The notes: generated by a model not told the origin, from the letters alone. DNA of 64,000 nucleotides from Eledone cirrhosa (GCA_964016885.1 OZ024740.1:217744001-217808000); one strand, 5' to 3'; positions 28,921-44,735 are shown, counted from the stretch's first letter. Made by a program: numbers and translations.

Positions 28921-30308
28921 CTACATTTTAAATTTAAATTTATATTTAAAAGTTGAGTTTAATCTATGTTTGCAGCAACTGAATAAATTTGTCCGTAGAT
29001 TAAGGGAATTTTTAGATTTTAGTATAAAGAATATCTCCTCTGCGCAGAGGTCACATGTCTCAGAGGATGAATTAAAAGGAATCCCTCTTGAGACTATATT
29101 CCAAGCCGTCGAATATCTAACGTTATCTAGCTTAAGTTGCCAGAGTACGCCTGATAGTGCCGTTGAAGATTATTTGCTTGAATCTGTGAAAGAATTCTTG
29201 TGGTTATTATAGCGAAGTTTAAATTCCGTCGATGTGGAACCGACGTAGTTAAAAGAATTAGAGTCAGTTTTAACATTACAATTGTATACTATATTTTTAA
29301 CTAAGCAGTTGTTATTTAACGGACATTTAGATCTATCTCTACAGTTACATTTGTTAACTTGTATATTATTTATGCTATTATCACTAGGTTTTAAGTTCCT
29401 ATTATTTATTCTATTAATATTTTGTGCTAAATTTTTGGTGGATGAGTAGGTTAATTTTATAGTATGTCTATTGAAAATTGAGTGATACCTATGTGTTCTA
29501 GGGAAGCGATTATCAAGAGCTTTAAAAAATAGTTTAGCGATGTGGGTTTTAATGTTTAGTGAGAAAGGGGGGGCAAACCAAATTATGTTCCTAGTTCTAT
29601 TTCTTTTTTGGCCTTTGGAATTATTGTAATGCTTTCTATTATAGTTGTTAAGGTTGTTGCCGTAATTAAAATAGTTGTTATTTTGTTTAGTTTGTCTATC
29701 ATTATCTATGTACATAATCTTATCAGTATATCCTGCTCTAGCTAAGCTAACGCTTCATTGTAGTACTGGGCTTTTTCATCGAAAATCTTTCTATTAGACG
29801 AGATTCTAGAGATACGTTTTTGAACAGAGTTTACTATAGTGTTTTTGACAGATCTGGGGTGGTTAGAGTTAAAGCTGACATAGTTTAAGTTTTCATTCAA
29901 CTTGTGAAAAGGATAGTGAAGACATGTGTTGAGATTTAATGTTATATCTAGGAAATTGACTATTCTATGGTTGTTCTCAATTTCTATTTTAAGATTAAAG
30001 TAATTAAAAAATTGTGTAATTTGTTTACATTTTCTATTTAGTTCAGAGTTATTATTATCAATAAGTAAAAGCATGTCATCTCTATATAAACCTCCGGTAG
30101 TACCAGGTATTTTCCTATGTAGCGAATTGATTAAAAATAATCCCACAAGGTCAGTTACCTGAGCTGAGTCGGATGATCCCATAGTAATGTCAAAATTGCT
30201 ATCTCTATCTGCTCTGGTCCATAGTTGGTCATTAAATTCTATCAATGTTTTCCTAGCCGATAATATAATATGCATTTCATTGCTAGTTAGGTCTGTATGT
30301 TTACTCAA
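28921..30308 (-). pseudogene. PLE reverse transcriptase plus GIY-YIG endonuclease, disrupted
   Basis: DITMGSSDSAQVTDLVG, LYRDD, VNFLDITL, YVSFNSNHP; linker CNCRDRSKCPL; IVY...YVGST..FKLRYNNH. Stops at 29742 and 29170. Confidence 0.9.
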
Positions 30309-30611
30309 CGGATGTCCAACTACATATTTTTCTATATATATATCTATCTCTATCTATTTCCTCTCTCTATATATATCTCTCTCTGTTTCTTTACATGAAG
30401 TTCTTCTCTTTATCTATCTTTCCATCTCTCTATTTTGTTCCATGCATTTCTTCTTTTTCTTCTTTTTCTTCGTTTTCTGTCTTTCTTTTCTTTTTTTTCT
30501 CTCTTTCTTTCTTTCCGTTTACAATTTTTTCACTGCCAATTCAACTTTTCAAATACAAGTCGATGTTGTACGGTATGTCAAATCTATTTATCTATAAAAC
30601 TGTTTATATTG

Positions 30612-30677
30612 TATTTTATCTGAGGAAGGCATAGCATATTGTTAATATGATATCCCTGAAATATATATAATGAAATA
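30612..30677 (+). ncRNA. Hammerhead, family E, in PLE pseudo-LTR (other copies: 27532-27597 -, 34491-34555 -, 46613-46678 -, 46797-46862 +, 49707-49772 -)
   Basis: TATTTTAT-CTGAGGA-AGGcATAgCATATT(gtt)AATATGaTATcCCT-GAAA-TATATA-TA^ATGAAATA. Confidence 0.85.
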
Positions 30678-30720
30678 GATATGGTTTTATAAATATAGTT
30701 TCCATTTATTTAATATCGAT

Positions 30721-30854
<134 letters not shown>

Positions 30855-30872
30855 TATATATATATATATATA

Positions 30873-30908
<36 letters not shown>

Positions 30909-30927
30909 TATATATATATATATTCAT

Positions 30928-33900
30928 TAGTGATGGCAGAGTAGATTGTGGGACAGCTGACCTGGCTGCATCGTCTCCAGAGCCAGGGTCATCCACACCA
31001 GCACTCGAGACCACCACAGTTAAGGGACCCAGAGTGGCCGCCGCTGACACCAGACCAAGTGTCATACCGACAGCCATTACTGGCACCCCAAAAGTCACAC
31101 CACTGCTGCTGCTGAATGTCAGAGGCCTGGTGAAACTCAGTAACATGAGTAAAATGTCCTACCTGGGAGACTTAGCCATAAGCAATCAAGCACTATGCAT
31201 GGCACTAACCTGACAAGCAGTATAGCAGATGCAGAAATACATATACCGAAATATACTGTATTTCGTTCGGACAGGAAGGAGAGAACTCATGGTGGGGTTG
31301 CTCTGTATATCCGTGAAGATGTCACACCAATTGTACTGTTGACACATTCAGACTCAGTCTGTGACACACTGATAATACATATGAAGCAACTACAGACAGT
31401 AATATGTGTCACATATCGGCCGCCCAATGACCCCAGTCATGAGGGTAAATTTGAGGATAGCCTAAGTAGGATAGAAGAGGTCCTTGACAAACTGGACAGG
31501 GTCTCAACATCCTACTGCTGGGAGACTTCAACCTACCAAAGGTCAAATGGCCTGAGGGCCACCTCCTCCCTGGAATGACGTCAATAGAACAGAGACAGAC
31601 GGAATCCCTGCTGGCCCTCACACACAGGCTGTTCATGGAGCAAGCAATACTCCTCCCAACAAGAGGCGAAAATGTCCTGCACCTCTGTTTTACAAACAAC
31701 GAAGTGCTCATCCACAATGTAAAGGTGACACCAACAATTCTCTCGGATCATAACTTAGTAGAGCTAATGATATGTGGTCCAAGAGATCCAACAGAGACAA
31801 AACCACCAAGAAGCTCCGGGACGCTATCCAACCTTAACTTCTACAAGGCTAACTGGAAAAAGATTAAGAGAGAAATCCGGAAGCAAACATGGAGGGAAAA
31901 CACCGCCACACAAGACACTAACACACAATTTCAACACTTCATTACAACGATACACACTATATGCAAAAAGTTTGTACCGGAGAAAGAGGCAAACAGACAC
32001 AAAAATCTTATTCCCAGAGATAGGAAAATCCTTATGAGACGTAGAACTAAACTCTCAAACCAGTTGAATAGTCAACAAAACAAAAACAAGAAGGAATCCT
32101 ATTTGAAACGTGCACTACTTGACACCGAGATTGCACTCAAACTTTCCCATGAGAATGAGAGGGCAAAGAAAGAGAACAGGGCCATAGAAAACATTAAAAC
32201 AAACCCTAAGGCCTTCTTTGGATTTGCAAAGGACACTGCCTCAGTACACTGCAAGATTGGGCCACTCTTCCATACGGACGGTTCATTAACCGAAACCCCC
32301 CAAGAGATATGTGAAATACTGAACGAACAGTACAAAAGTGTCTTCACATGTCCACTGAGGCACATGCAAATAACGAAGCCAGAGGAGTTCTTTGATGCCA
32401 CAACACTACATGAAGAAATGGCAACCATCAACCACATAGACATAACGGAGGAGGATGTGGTGTACGCCATTGATGAAATTAGAACAGACTCGGCTGCTGG
32501 ACCTGATGGATTCCCAGCAGTTCTCTTAAAAATATGTAAGCGGGCCTTAGCAACTCCACTAAAGATGCTCTTCAGAAGCTCCTTGGCTAGCGGTGTACTA
32601 CCCAGGGAGCTGAAAGAAGGCACAATATGCCCTATACATAAAGGAGGTAGCAGAGCGGAGGCCCAAAACTATAGGCCAGTCTCCCTGACGTCGCATATCA
32701 GTAAGGTCATGGAGCGAGTCGTCAGAAAGAAACTGATCACTTTCCTCGAGGAAAATGACCGCCTGACTAGCACGCAACATGGCTTCTGCTCAGGAAGAAG
32801 CTGCCTTACACAGCTGCTAAATCACTACGACTGGGTACTGAGACAACTACTAGACAGCTCACATGTGGACGTGATATATCTTGACTTTGCGAAGGCCTTT
32901 GACAAGATCGACCACGGAATGATATGTCACAAACTACACGGACTCGGCATAACTGGAAAAGTAGGTGAGTGGCTGCATGGCTTCCTAAGGGACAGAAGCC
33001 ATGCAGTCTCAGCAAATGGGGCCCTCTCAAAGGAAACACCAATAACAAGTGGGGTGCCCCAGGGGACAGTCATAGGACCACTACTGTTTTTGGTGGCTCT
33101 CTCAGACATGCCCTCTGTAGTACATACAACAACATCCCTCACTAGCTATGCTGATGACACTAAGGTAGCACAGGCAATCAAAAACCCGGCTGACGCTGCC
33201 CTTTTACAGCAGGATCTGGATGCCATATACAAATGGGCGGAAGAAAACAACATGCAGTTTAATGCTGGCAAATTCCAAGCCCTACAATACAAACCTCCAA
33301 ACAAACCTGCAAACACAAATATAGTGGAACACAACTACACAGGACCAGGAGGGACTGATATCCCCGTGTCAAAATCGATATGAGACCTGGGCATAGACAT
33401 GAGTGATGATGCATCTTTTTCTTCACACATCATGAAAGTGGCGACAATGTGCAGACGACTCACTGGCTGGATCTTGAGGACTTTCCGGACAAGAGATCGA
33501 GACACCATGTTGACACTATGGAGGACATTTGTCCTAAGCCGCCTGGACTACTGCTCCCAGTTGTGGTCACCCCATAGTGTCAAACTAACCACGGAGATTG
33601 AAGCAATCCAGCGAAGCTACACCAAGAGGATTGCCAAGATGAGGGAGACAAGCTACTGGGAGAGGCTAAAGGAACTGAACCTCTACTCCTTGGAGCGAAG
33701 ACGGGAGAGATACGCAGTGATCTACATGTGGAAAATCCTGGAGGGACTAGCACCAAACTTTGGCATTGGGAGCTGGACCAACCGTCGAACAGGACGTCAC
33801 TGTGTGGTGCCAAAGGTCCCGTCTTCCACATCTAGAATAAGGAGCAGGTATTGCAATAGCCTGGGATTCAAGGGCTTTCAACTCTTCAACAGGCTGCCGA

Positions 33901-34150
33901 GGGATCTGAGAGACTTGCATAACGTGGAGGTGGATGTCTTCAAGAAATATCTCGACACCTTGTTATCCAGGATCCCGGATGAGCCCACAGCAAGACACGA
34001 GGGAAACCTAAGGGCAGCAGCAACAAACTCCCTATTACACGAGTGACCAACCTATACAAGCTGGAGATAAAATGTGTAGCAACAAGGGCGGTGCCCCAGC
34101 ATGGCCTCAGCCGGATGGCTGAAACAGGTAAAAGAGTAAAAGAGTAAAAG
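30928..34150 (+). mobile_element. CR1-group LINE, second family: APE endonuclease + RT ORF2, disrupted
   Basis: LLNVRGL, RSDR..RTHGGVALYI, TYRPP, LSDHNLV (APE); NYRPVSLTS, LDFAKAFD, GVPQGTVIGPLLF, YADD (RT). Frameshifts in EN and a TGA at 33381. 3' tail (GTAAAAGA)3. Confidence 0.92.
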
Positions 34151-34212
34151 AATATATTCATATATATATATATATATTCATATATATATATATATTCATA
34201 TATATATATATA

Positions 34213-34274
<62 letters not shown>

Positions 34275-34450
34275 TATATATATATATATATATATTCATA
34301 TATATATATATATATATATTCATATATATATATATATATATATTCATATATATATATTCATATATATATATATTCATATATATATATATATATATATATA
34401 TTCATATATATATATATTCATATAAATATATATATTCATATATATATATA

Positions 34451-35900
34451 CGATATTAATAAATGGAAACTATATTTATAAAATCATATTTATTTCATTA
34501 TACATATTTCAGGGATACCAAATTAAAATATGGTATGCCTTCATCAGACAAAATACAATATATAAACAGTTTTATAAATAATTTTGACGTACCCTATTAG
34601 ATGCAACCATTATTTTTGGAAGCTGTCTGGATAGTGAAATGTTTATTATTTTATTAGTTATAGTGTTAAGCACAATTAGAAAAAGACGGAGAGAAAGAAA
34701 GAAAAGACGGAGAGAGAGAAGGAGAGAGAAAGAAGGAGAGAGAAAAAAAGAAAACCTGGAAAAATATCGGAGAGAGAAATGTTTGTAGAAAAGAAAGAGA
34801 TAAATAGATAGGCCCTTAATTTAAGGAGCAATTTATTCAGTTGCTGCGGACATAGATTGAACTCAACGTTTAAATATAAATATAAATTTAAAATGTAGTA
34901 TAATTAATTAAGAAATTTAGTTAATATATGAAACTTGTCGATAAATCATTAGATTCCTTGACCTTTTTCTTTTTAAACTTTCTTCCTAAATATAAACAAG
35001 GATATAATAAACTACTCTAAAATGTATATGCTCCCAATGTATTAAATAAAATATACGTAAGATAAATTTCTATACTAAATATAAGGTTATCCGTAGAATA
35101 ACTGGGTCTTCAAATCTTTAAATTATTTTTATTTTTTTTATTTGTTTTGACTCTGATAGATTCTAATAACTTTCATAAGTCTACCCTTTCAATATCTTGT
35201 TTGAGATATAGGTAGGATAAATTTCTATACTAAATATATAAAACATATTATTTTAACTTGAGATACTCTATAGTGTTTTAGAGATATTTAATGCTTTGAT
35301 ATTTCTATATTACTATATTGATATTTGATTATCTCTATACAAATGCCATATGTGTGTATTAACATGCATATAAAAGTGTTATAGGTTCTATTTATGTGTT
35401 TGTATATGTGTATGTATATATACATGACCGATGATGGAAAACTCACGCAGATATTTATTTATTTATTTATACATATATATATGTATATATGTGTGTGTGT
35501 ATATGTGATGTATGTTGCAGATATGCATGATATTAAATACATGAACGGTAATCGTATATATGAGGACATGAATATTAATCGTATATTTATGTATATATAC
35601 TGTGAACTTTTTATAACACAAGAAGTGTGTCTATACTATTGGCTTGAGTAGACATAATTTCTATTTTCAGGACGTACATATGTGTGTATATATATATATA
35701 CATATTTGTATCCTGATTTTTATAAATAGGCTAATTTTTTAAAGGATTTAACTCAGATTTTGGTATATTGATCTCAAGTTTTTAAACTAAACATATGGTC
35801 ATTATTGAACAATGTTATTTTCTCATATTATATATCTATGTCCCATTCATGAATATTGATATTTATATTTTTATTATTCATTTCAGATAAATTGTACTTC

Positions 35901-35903
<3 letters not shown>
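34451..35903 (+). mobile_element. Short PLE copy: inverted pLTR (34451-~34810, -) followed by ORF C-terminus and 3' UTR (+)
   Basis: ~34818-34899 encodes NLRSNLFSCCGHRLNSTFKYKYKFKM*, homologous to the 28921-29003 C-terminus. Downstream sequence matches the reverse complement of 28100-28900. Confidence 0.8.
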
Positions 35904-35940
<37 letters not shown>

Positions 35941-36020
35941 TATATATATATATATTCATATATATATATATATTCATATATATATATGTATATATATATA
36001 TTCATATATATATATATATA

Positions 36021-36068
<48 letters not shown>

Positions 36069-36192
36069 TATATATATATATATTATTATATATATATATA
36101 GTCATATATATATATATATATATATTCATATATATATTCATATATATATATTCATATATATATATATATATATATATTCATATATATATATA

Positions 36193-36230
<38 letters not shown>

Positions 36231-36235
36231 TATAT

Positions 36236-36297
<62 letters not shown>

Positions 36298-36346
36298 ATA
36301 TATATATATATATATATATATATTCATATATATATATCTATATATA

Positions 36347-36475
<129 letters not shown>

Positions 36476-36610
36476 TATATATATATATATCTATATATAT
36501 ATTTAATATATATATATATATATTCATATATATATATATATATATTCATATATATATATTCATATATATATATATTCATATATATATATATTCATATATA
36601 TATATATATA

Positions 36611-36666
<56 letters not shown>

Positions 36667-36818
36667 TATATATATATATTCATATATATATTCATACATA
36701 TATTTATATTCATATATATATATATATATAGATATATATTCATATATATATATTCATATATATATATATATATATATATATTGATATATATATATATAGT
36801 CATATATATATATATATA

Positions 36819-36866
<48 letters not shown>

Positions 36867-36900
36867 TATATATATATATATATGAATATATATATATATA

Positions 36901-37021
<121 letters not shown>

Positions 37022-37046
37022 TATATATATATATATATATATATAT

Positions 37047-37248
<202 letters not shown>

Positions 37249-37538
37249 TATATTTACCGGTTTCGGTATATATATATATATATATATATATTCATATATA
37301 TATATATAAATATATATATATATTCATATATATATATAAATATATATATTCGTATATATACATATTCATATATATATATATATATTCATATATATATATT
37401 CATATAAATATTCATATATATATATATTCATATATATATACATATATTTGTATATATATTCATATATATATATATATTTATATATATATATATTCATATA
37501 TATATTTATTTATATATATATATTCATATATATATATA

Positions 37539-37732
<194 letters not shown>

Positions 37733-37750
37733 TATATATACATATATATT

Positions 37751-37924
<174 letters not shown>

Positions 37925-38100
37925 TATATATATATATTCATATATATATATATGTATATACATATTCATATATATATATATATATATATTCATATATATA
38001 TATATTCATATATATATATATGTATATACATATTCATATATATATATATATATATATTCATATATATATATATTCATATATATATATATGTATATATATA

Positions 38101-38182
<82 letters not shown>

Positions 38183-38504
38183 TCGGACACCAACAACGAG
38201 AAGTTTGGTTTCAAATCCTACAAAAACCCACCCTCTAACCCTCTTTTGGATTCTTTCGAACAGGACTTAATGTAAATGATAACCGGAATCAAATTTGCAA
38301 ACGGAAGGAAAAACGAACTGCAACGAGATATGGTTCAATAACATTAGGGACAAAAACAAATCTTCTTTTATTCAATTCGATATAGATGAATACCATTCCT
38401 CTATTTCACCCTAAACCCTGCATAAGGCCCTCTCTTTCGCTAAGACTAACTCGAACCTCACAAACGAGGAAATTAATATTATACTTGAAGCTAGACGCAC
38501 AGTA

Positions 38505-39896
38505 GTGCACTTTGAAAATAGTTATTGGGTCCGCAGGGATAGACCCTCGGAATTCGACATTACGATGGGTTCTAATGATTCGGCGGAGGTCACGGATTTG
38601 GTTGGGATCTATATAGCCCATAGACTCCAGAGCGAATTTACGGACCTCCACGGCGGAATATACCGCGACGATACACTTCTATTAGTCAAGAATATGAACA
38701 AACAAAACCTAGAAAGGCGGCGTAAAAACATTAGGAAACTTTTCTTAGAACTAGAGCTTAATATTACCTTTGAACACAATCTTAAGGTGGTCAACTTCTT
38801 GGATGTTACCTTCAACCTTAATAACGGTAATATAGAGCCATTTCACAAACTTAATGAAAATCTTAAGTACGTTAATGTAAAATCGAACCATCCTCATTCC
38901 ATTATTAAATCTATCCCTAAAAATATATCCATAAGGATCTCCCGACTGTCGTCTAATTTTCAAACCTTCAACGAGCATGCTGAATATTATAATGACGCAC
39001 TTAGAAAAGCTGGTTACTGCGAGAAAATTGAATATCTAGACGATAACCACATAAGTACTAGGAATAAAACACATCTAAGTCGAACTAGTATTGCACCACA
39101 CACACACATCAATAGGCATACTAACAGGTGCAAACCAGCAAATAGAGTCAGACGTAGAGAGTGCATATGGTATAACCCCGCGTACAATTCCTCTATTAGC
39201 ACTAAGATTATCTCACAATTCTATACACTAATCAATAAACACTTTACAACTTCACATAAATACTATAAAATCTTTAACTCGCGCACCATTAGACTCTCAT
39301 ACTCCACTGCACCTAACATAGAACAACTAATTAGAAAACTCAACTCAGCAATACTAAATAAGTACATCCCTAATGACTCAGCGCACCAGCATAGCAACAT
39401 GCAACGCACTAACACGCAACCACAACCCCACCAAACTATCCAGGATTCTACTGCAAAACATAAAAATAGTTGTAACTGCACCAAACCAGGTACGTGCCCA
39501 CTGAATAACCAGTGCCTAGCACGCAATATTGTCTACCGGTGTACAATAAATTCCGGGACCAACAAATGGTATTACGTCGGATGTACCGCAACTTCTTTCA
39601 AGGCTCGCCTATACCAACATCGATCTTCGATCAGGCACGAGAAAATGCGCTCCGTAACCACCCTCGCCGATAAAGCCTGGCAGCTTCGGAGGAACAATCA
39701 AGCGTTCTCCCTTGATTGGCAAATTATTGCAGCTGCGCCTGCATATCAGCAAAATCATCGATTCTGCAAGTTATGCAACTTAGAGATATACTGCATTTTA
39801 ACGTCGGTAAACAAACTTTTGAACAGCAAAATTGAACGTTCTCTATACTGTAACCATCGTTTGAAAACGACTTTTTCTTTTTTTAAATACATATAA
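38505..39896 (+). CDS. PLE RT (C-terminal part), CxCx5C linker and GIY-YIG endonuclease; open for 463 codons but N-terminally disrupted
   Basis: DITMGSNDSAEVTDLVG, IYRDD, VNFLDVTF, NVKSNHP, CNCTKPGTCPLNNQC, IVY..YVGCT..FKARLYQH, CKLCNLE, LLN. Confidence 0.85.
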   Translation: MHFENSYWVRRDRPSEFDITMGSNDSAEVTDLVGIYIAHRLQSEFTDLHGGIYRDDTLLLVKNMNKQNLERRRKNIRKLFLELELNITFEHNLKVVNFLDVTFNLNNGNIEPFHKLNENLKYVNVKSNHPHSIIKSIPKNISIRISRLSSNFQTFNEHAEYYNDALRKAGYCEKIEYLDDNHISTRNKTHLSRTSIAPHTHINRHTNRCKPANRVRRRECIWYNPAYNSSISTKIISQFYTLINKHFTTSHKYYKIFNSRTIRLSYSTAPNIEQLIRKLNSAILNKYIPNDSAHQHSNMQRTNTQPQPHQTIQDSTAKHKNSCNCTKPGTCPLNNQCLARNIVYRCTINSGTNKWYYVGCTATSFKARLYQHRSSIRHEKMRSVTTLADKAWQLRRNNQAFSLDWQIIAAAPAYQQNHRFCKLCNLEIYCILTSVNKLLNSKIERSLYCNHRLKTTFSFFKYI

Positions 39897-39897
39897 T

Positions 39898-39996
39898 TGT
39901 TTCTACTTTAGGCACAAGGCCAGCAATTATCCAGTGCATTACTGGTACTTTATTTTATCGACCCCGTAAGGATGAAAGGCAAAGTCAACCTCGGCG
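39898..39996 (-). mobile_element. 5'-truncated SINE inserted at the PLE stop codon, with an 11-bp TSD
   Basis: Matches 1161-1259. ATACATATAAT is duplicated at 39887-39897 and 39997-40007. Confidence 0.85.
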
Positions 39997-40416
39997 ATAC
40001 ATATAATGTTACCTTTTTACACCAACGTTTGCAAATTTCTGTTTTATATGTTTATACACTAGATATGGCTTTCTATAATAATAGTACTAAACACTGTTTT
40101 TCTGGACCCCTTTAGAAATAATCTGCTACTATAATAGCCCTAATAACTTGTCTGTGACATTGTACCACTTTGACCCCTCTAACTAAATTTTGTCCGAACA
40201 ACACCACTAGAAGTATCTATTTCCCAGCCAACCTTAGCACGCCTCATTAAGCTAACTGCTGCCAAAACATTCTCTCTTCACAATCTCTACTAGTCTGACA
40301 GTCTTAAACCCTATGACTCCCTCCACCTTACTCACTTCCCTCTTCCCCTTCTCTTCCTACCTCCTTCTTTATCTTTTATCTAGTGTATAAAATATTTTCA
40401 TATCATTCTAATACAA

Positions 40417-40533
40417 AGGTCTGATGACATGGTGTGTTGGCTTACAGTGTACTTTCGGTTTTTGATAATATTTCTGTATTATTCAAATAGCGAGGTATAG
40501 GTAACTGATACACTATAGAAACAATTGTTACCT
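40417..40533 (+). ncRNA. Hammerhead with enlarged stem II domain (family F)
   Basis: AGGT-CTGATGA-c-ATGGTGTGTTGG...CTGATACACTAT-a-GAAA-CAATTG-TT^ACCT-AATAAA: 12-bp stem II, palindromic stem III. Confidence 0.75.
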
Positions 40534-40573
40534 AATAAATTCTATATACCCGCATTTCCATTTCGTAAATTTT

Positions 40574-40649
<76 letters not shown>

Positions 40650-40697
40650 TATATATATATATTCATATATATATATTTATATATATATATATATATA

Positions 40698-42214
40698 TGT
40701 GCCAGAAAACCTTCTATCCCAGTCTGTTGTCCCAGTTTTCAAAAAGGGAAACAAATCCCTTGCCGTGAATTACCGTCCAATCTCACTCACCTCTCATATC
40801 ATTAAGGTATTTGAGAGAGTGGTGAGATCGCGAATGACCCACTTCCTTGAGAGTAACAATATGCTGAACTCCAACCAGCATGGATTCCGTAATGGAAGGG
40901 ATTGCCTGACGCAGCTACTGCATCACTTTGATGACATTTTGAGAGCCTTGGGAGAGGGTTCCAACACTGATGTTATCTACCTTGATTTCAGCAAGGCCTT
41001 TGACGGGGTTGATCATAACATTCTACTGAGAAAGCTGTCCAATATTGGTGTCACTGGAAAGCTGCTGCAGTGGATAAAGAGCTTCCTGTCAAATAGAACC
41101 CAACATGTTGTAGTTGAAGGAGTCAAATCCAGCCCAGCCAAAGTCAGTAGTGGGGTCCCACAAGGCACTGTGTTGGGCCCACTTCTCTTCATCATCTATA
41201 TTAATGACATCACTAATGACATCACTGACATCATCAAACACAGCAACATTAAAATTTTCGCTGATGATTCCAAGCTCCAAAAGGTCATCAATGGCATGGA
41301 TGACCGGATAAGCCTTCAGTCAGACCTACTGGCTGTTACCCAATGGGCGGAAAAGAACATGTTACTGAACGAAGACAAATTCGAACTGATCCACTTTGGA
41401 AAAGAAGATGCTCTGAAACTCCCGTACTCCCTTCCCTCTTGTGGCATCTAACAACATCAGAGACTTGGGAGTAACCGTGGACAGCAACATAAGCTGGGCC
41501 ACGCATATAAGCAGCAAAGTTGACATGGCCCGCAGAATGTGTTCCTGGATCCTCAGAACCTTCCAGTCGAGAGATTCCCACACCATTATCCTTCTCTTCT
41601 CTACTTTTGCCCGACCACACCTTGAATACTGTTGTCCACTGTGGTCTCCCCACACGAAACAAAGTATCATGAAACTTGAAGCTCCTCAAAGGGCAATCAC
41701 GAAAAAGATAGATGGCATGTCAGACCTTGACTACTGGGGTCGACTAGAAAACCTGAAACTTTACTCACTCCAACGTCGCTTTGAGCGTTATATTATCTGC
41801 ATGATGTGGAAAATGTTCCATCATCACTGCCCAAATGATGTTGGCATCGCCTTCAAGATACACCCAAGGCTTGGGCCCCGTGCTATCCGTCCCATTCAAA
41901 AATCTAAATCGCAACTCATAACAACAATACGGCACAATTATTTCACCTCAATCGGCCCTGCTCTCTTCAACATCACACCAGGACACGTCAAAACAGAAAC
42001 TGACCACACAAAATTCAAGAAGTCTTTGGACAAATTCCTCCAAGTAATCCCGGACAAACCACCCACACCCGGATATGTCTCCGCAAACAGTAATTCTCTT
42101 CTCGAATGGGCCATGGTGCCCAAATCCTGAATTGAAAGACTTCGCCAGGTGGTGCTATTAAGTTAGACATGGCCTGGGCCAATACTGGCCAAAACATTTC
42201 AAAGTTATTCAAAG
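40698..42214 (+). mobile_element. 5'-truncated CR1-group LINE, same family as 21533-23350
   Basis: Near-identical RT and C-terminal ORFs (40525-41451, 41441-42130) and the same 3' end. Confidence 0.92.
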
Positions 42215-42301
42215 TTATATATATATATATTCATATATATATATATATATATATTCATATATATATATATATATTCATATATATATATATATATATATAT
42301 A

Positions 42302-42337
<36 letters not shown>

Positions 42338-42365
42338 TATATATATATATATATATTCATATATA

Positions 42366-42449
<84 letters not shown>

Positions 42450-42465
42450 TATATATATATATATA

Positions 42466-42499
<34 letters not shown>

Positions 42500-42623
42500 T
42501 ATATATATATATTCATATATATATATATATATATTCATATATATTCATATATATATATTCATATATATTCATATATATATATATATATATTCATATATAT
42601 TCATATATATATATTCATATATA

Positions 42624-42663
<40 letters not shown>

Positions 42664-42705
42664 TATATATATATATTCATATATATTCATATATATATAT
42701 ATATA

Positions 42706-42818
<113 letters not shown>

Positions 42819-42847
42819 TCATATATATATATATATATATATATTCA

Positions 42848-42963
<116 letters not shown>

Positions 42964-42964
42964 T

Positions 42965-44150
42965 ACCGTTTTGTACCACAGATGAGATCTCACTCTGCCT
43001 CGTTAATGTTCAATCAACACCAAAGTTCTACGTTCTGGGCAATAGAATTGAATCCAACCACCGACAACATAGTTGGATGACCGATAATCACACCAAACCG
43101 GAGTACTGTGATCCTTGTGAGTTCGAGATATACAACCACTGACACTGTTACGAAGACCAGAAAACCATACTCCATAATATTGAACCAAGTGATTAATTTG
43201 TGCGACCAAAATAACACCACATATTGAACTGGGAATATTGGATCCTCCGTCAATGTCTGGGTGAGCAAAAATAGATTTCTATCTGCATTGAAATTTACTA
43301 ACTTGTGCATCTGCTGTGGTGTCAAACACAAACGCACACGACCGCACAGATGAGCAATGGACTATGCCACGTGGGTTGAACTTGCAAGTGAATTTAAGGA
43401 TGTGTAACTCTGATATACAGATTATTTATTATTAGGATGTATAAACTTGACATAACTACTATCATCTTATATTCTCTCAACTAATCACATTTGATTATAT
43501 TTCTCTATCCCGTTTTCTCCCCCCATATTTATAATATTTTTATTTGACAAAATCGGTTTTTTTACATTGTGTTTTTCCATTTCTAATACTTGCTTATATA
43601 TTTTTTTATATATTCTCTATATATTTTTTATATATATTTTTTATCTTTATTCTTATTTTCACTTTTATCCTCCTTTATATTTTACCTTATTCTTACTTTT
43701 ATACCTTATTATTGTGTAATCTTCCCCATACCTTATTATACATTATTAATTATAGATTATTATTATTACTCTTATTCCATTTCTAATTACCTCATGTACT
43801 TTCTCCTCCGTTATATATATATTGTATGCCCTTTGTGTGTGTGTAGCCTCTGCACCCTACTATCGACGCCACCCCATCTATGGCTCCACTAACCACTCGA
43901 CTCCCGGGAATGAATATGACCACAGCTAGTAAACAAGGACCCACACCCCACCCTCCCGCAACAAAATTAGACTTATGGTCCTCTGCTTTTGCTCTTTACT
44001 CTCTTTACTCTTTGTTCTTGAATGTTTGGTTGGTAGAGTCCATAACACCAATCAAACCCCTTTTATAGCTCTGAAGAATCCTACGTAAGGAAGAAACATT
44101 GTAAGCCAATAAAAATCTTTTGATGTTGTAGACGCTCTTGTGTTCTTTAT
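42965..44150 (+). mobile_element. Probable PLE 3' region or non-autonomous element, between (TA)n tracts
   Basis: Ends in hammerhead + AATAAA + short tail. No recognisable ORF. Confidence 0.55.
44068..44106 (+). ncRNA. Minimal hammerhead (family G)
   Basis: GCT-CTGAAGA-aTCCT(acgta)AGGAa-GAAA-CATTG-TA^AGC, followed by AATAAA. Confidence 0.7.
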
Positions 44151-44327
44151 CATATATATTCATATATTATATAAATATATATATATATATTCATATATAT
44201 ATATATATTCATATATATATATATTCATATATATATATATATATATTCATATATATATATATATATATATATTCATATATATATTCATATATATATATAT
44301 ATATATATATGAATATATATATATATA

Positions 44328-44383
<56 letters not shown>

Positions 44384-44573
44384 TATATATATATATATAT
44401 TCATATATATATATATATATATATATATTCATATATTCATATATTCATATATTCATATATATATATGAATATATATATATATATGAATATATATATATAT
44501 TCATATATATATATATATATATATATATGAATATATATATATATATATATATGAATATATATATATATATATA

Positions 44574-44609
<36 letters not shown>

Positions 44610-44669
44610 TATATATATATATATATATGAATATATATATATATATATGAATATATATATATATATATA

Positions 44670-44715
<46 letters not shown>

Positions 44716-44735
44716 TATATATATATATATATATA

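Larger units (their letters stand above)
27400..30718 (-). mobile_element. 5'-truncated Penelope-like element (probably Hydra clade) with an inverted pseudo-LTR at its 5' end
   Basis: RT/GIY-YIG coding region at 28921-30300; 3' UTR to 27400. 30301-30718 is an inverted copy of 27491-27909. Confidence 0.9.
38179..40576 (+). mobile_element. 5'-truncated Penelope-like element (probably Hydra clade), second family
   Basis: FIQFDIDEY (RT motif A) upstream in a broken frame, then ORF 38505-39896, then a 3' UTR with hammerhead and AATAAA. Flanked by (TA)n. Confidence 0.92.

Noticed and set aside
33381-33383. Selenocysteine or readthrough TGA in LINE ORF2
   Set aside because: It aligns with Arg in IRDLG, consistent with CGA>TGA CpG decay.
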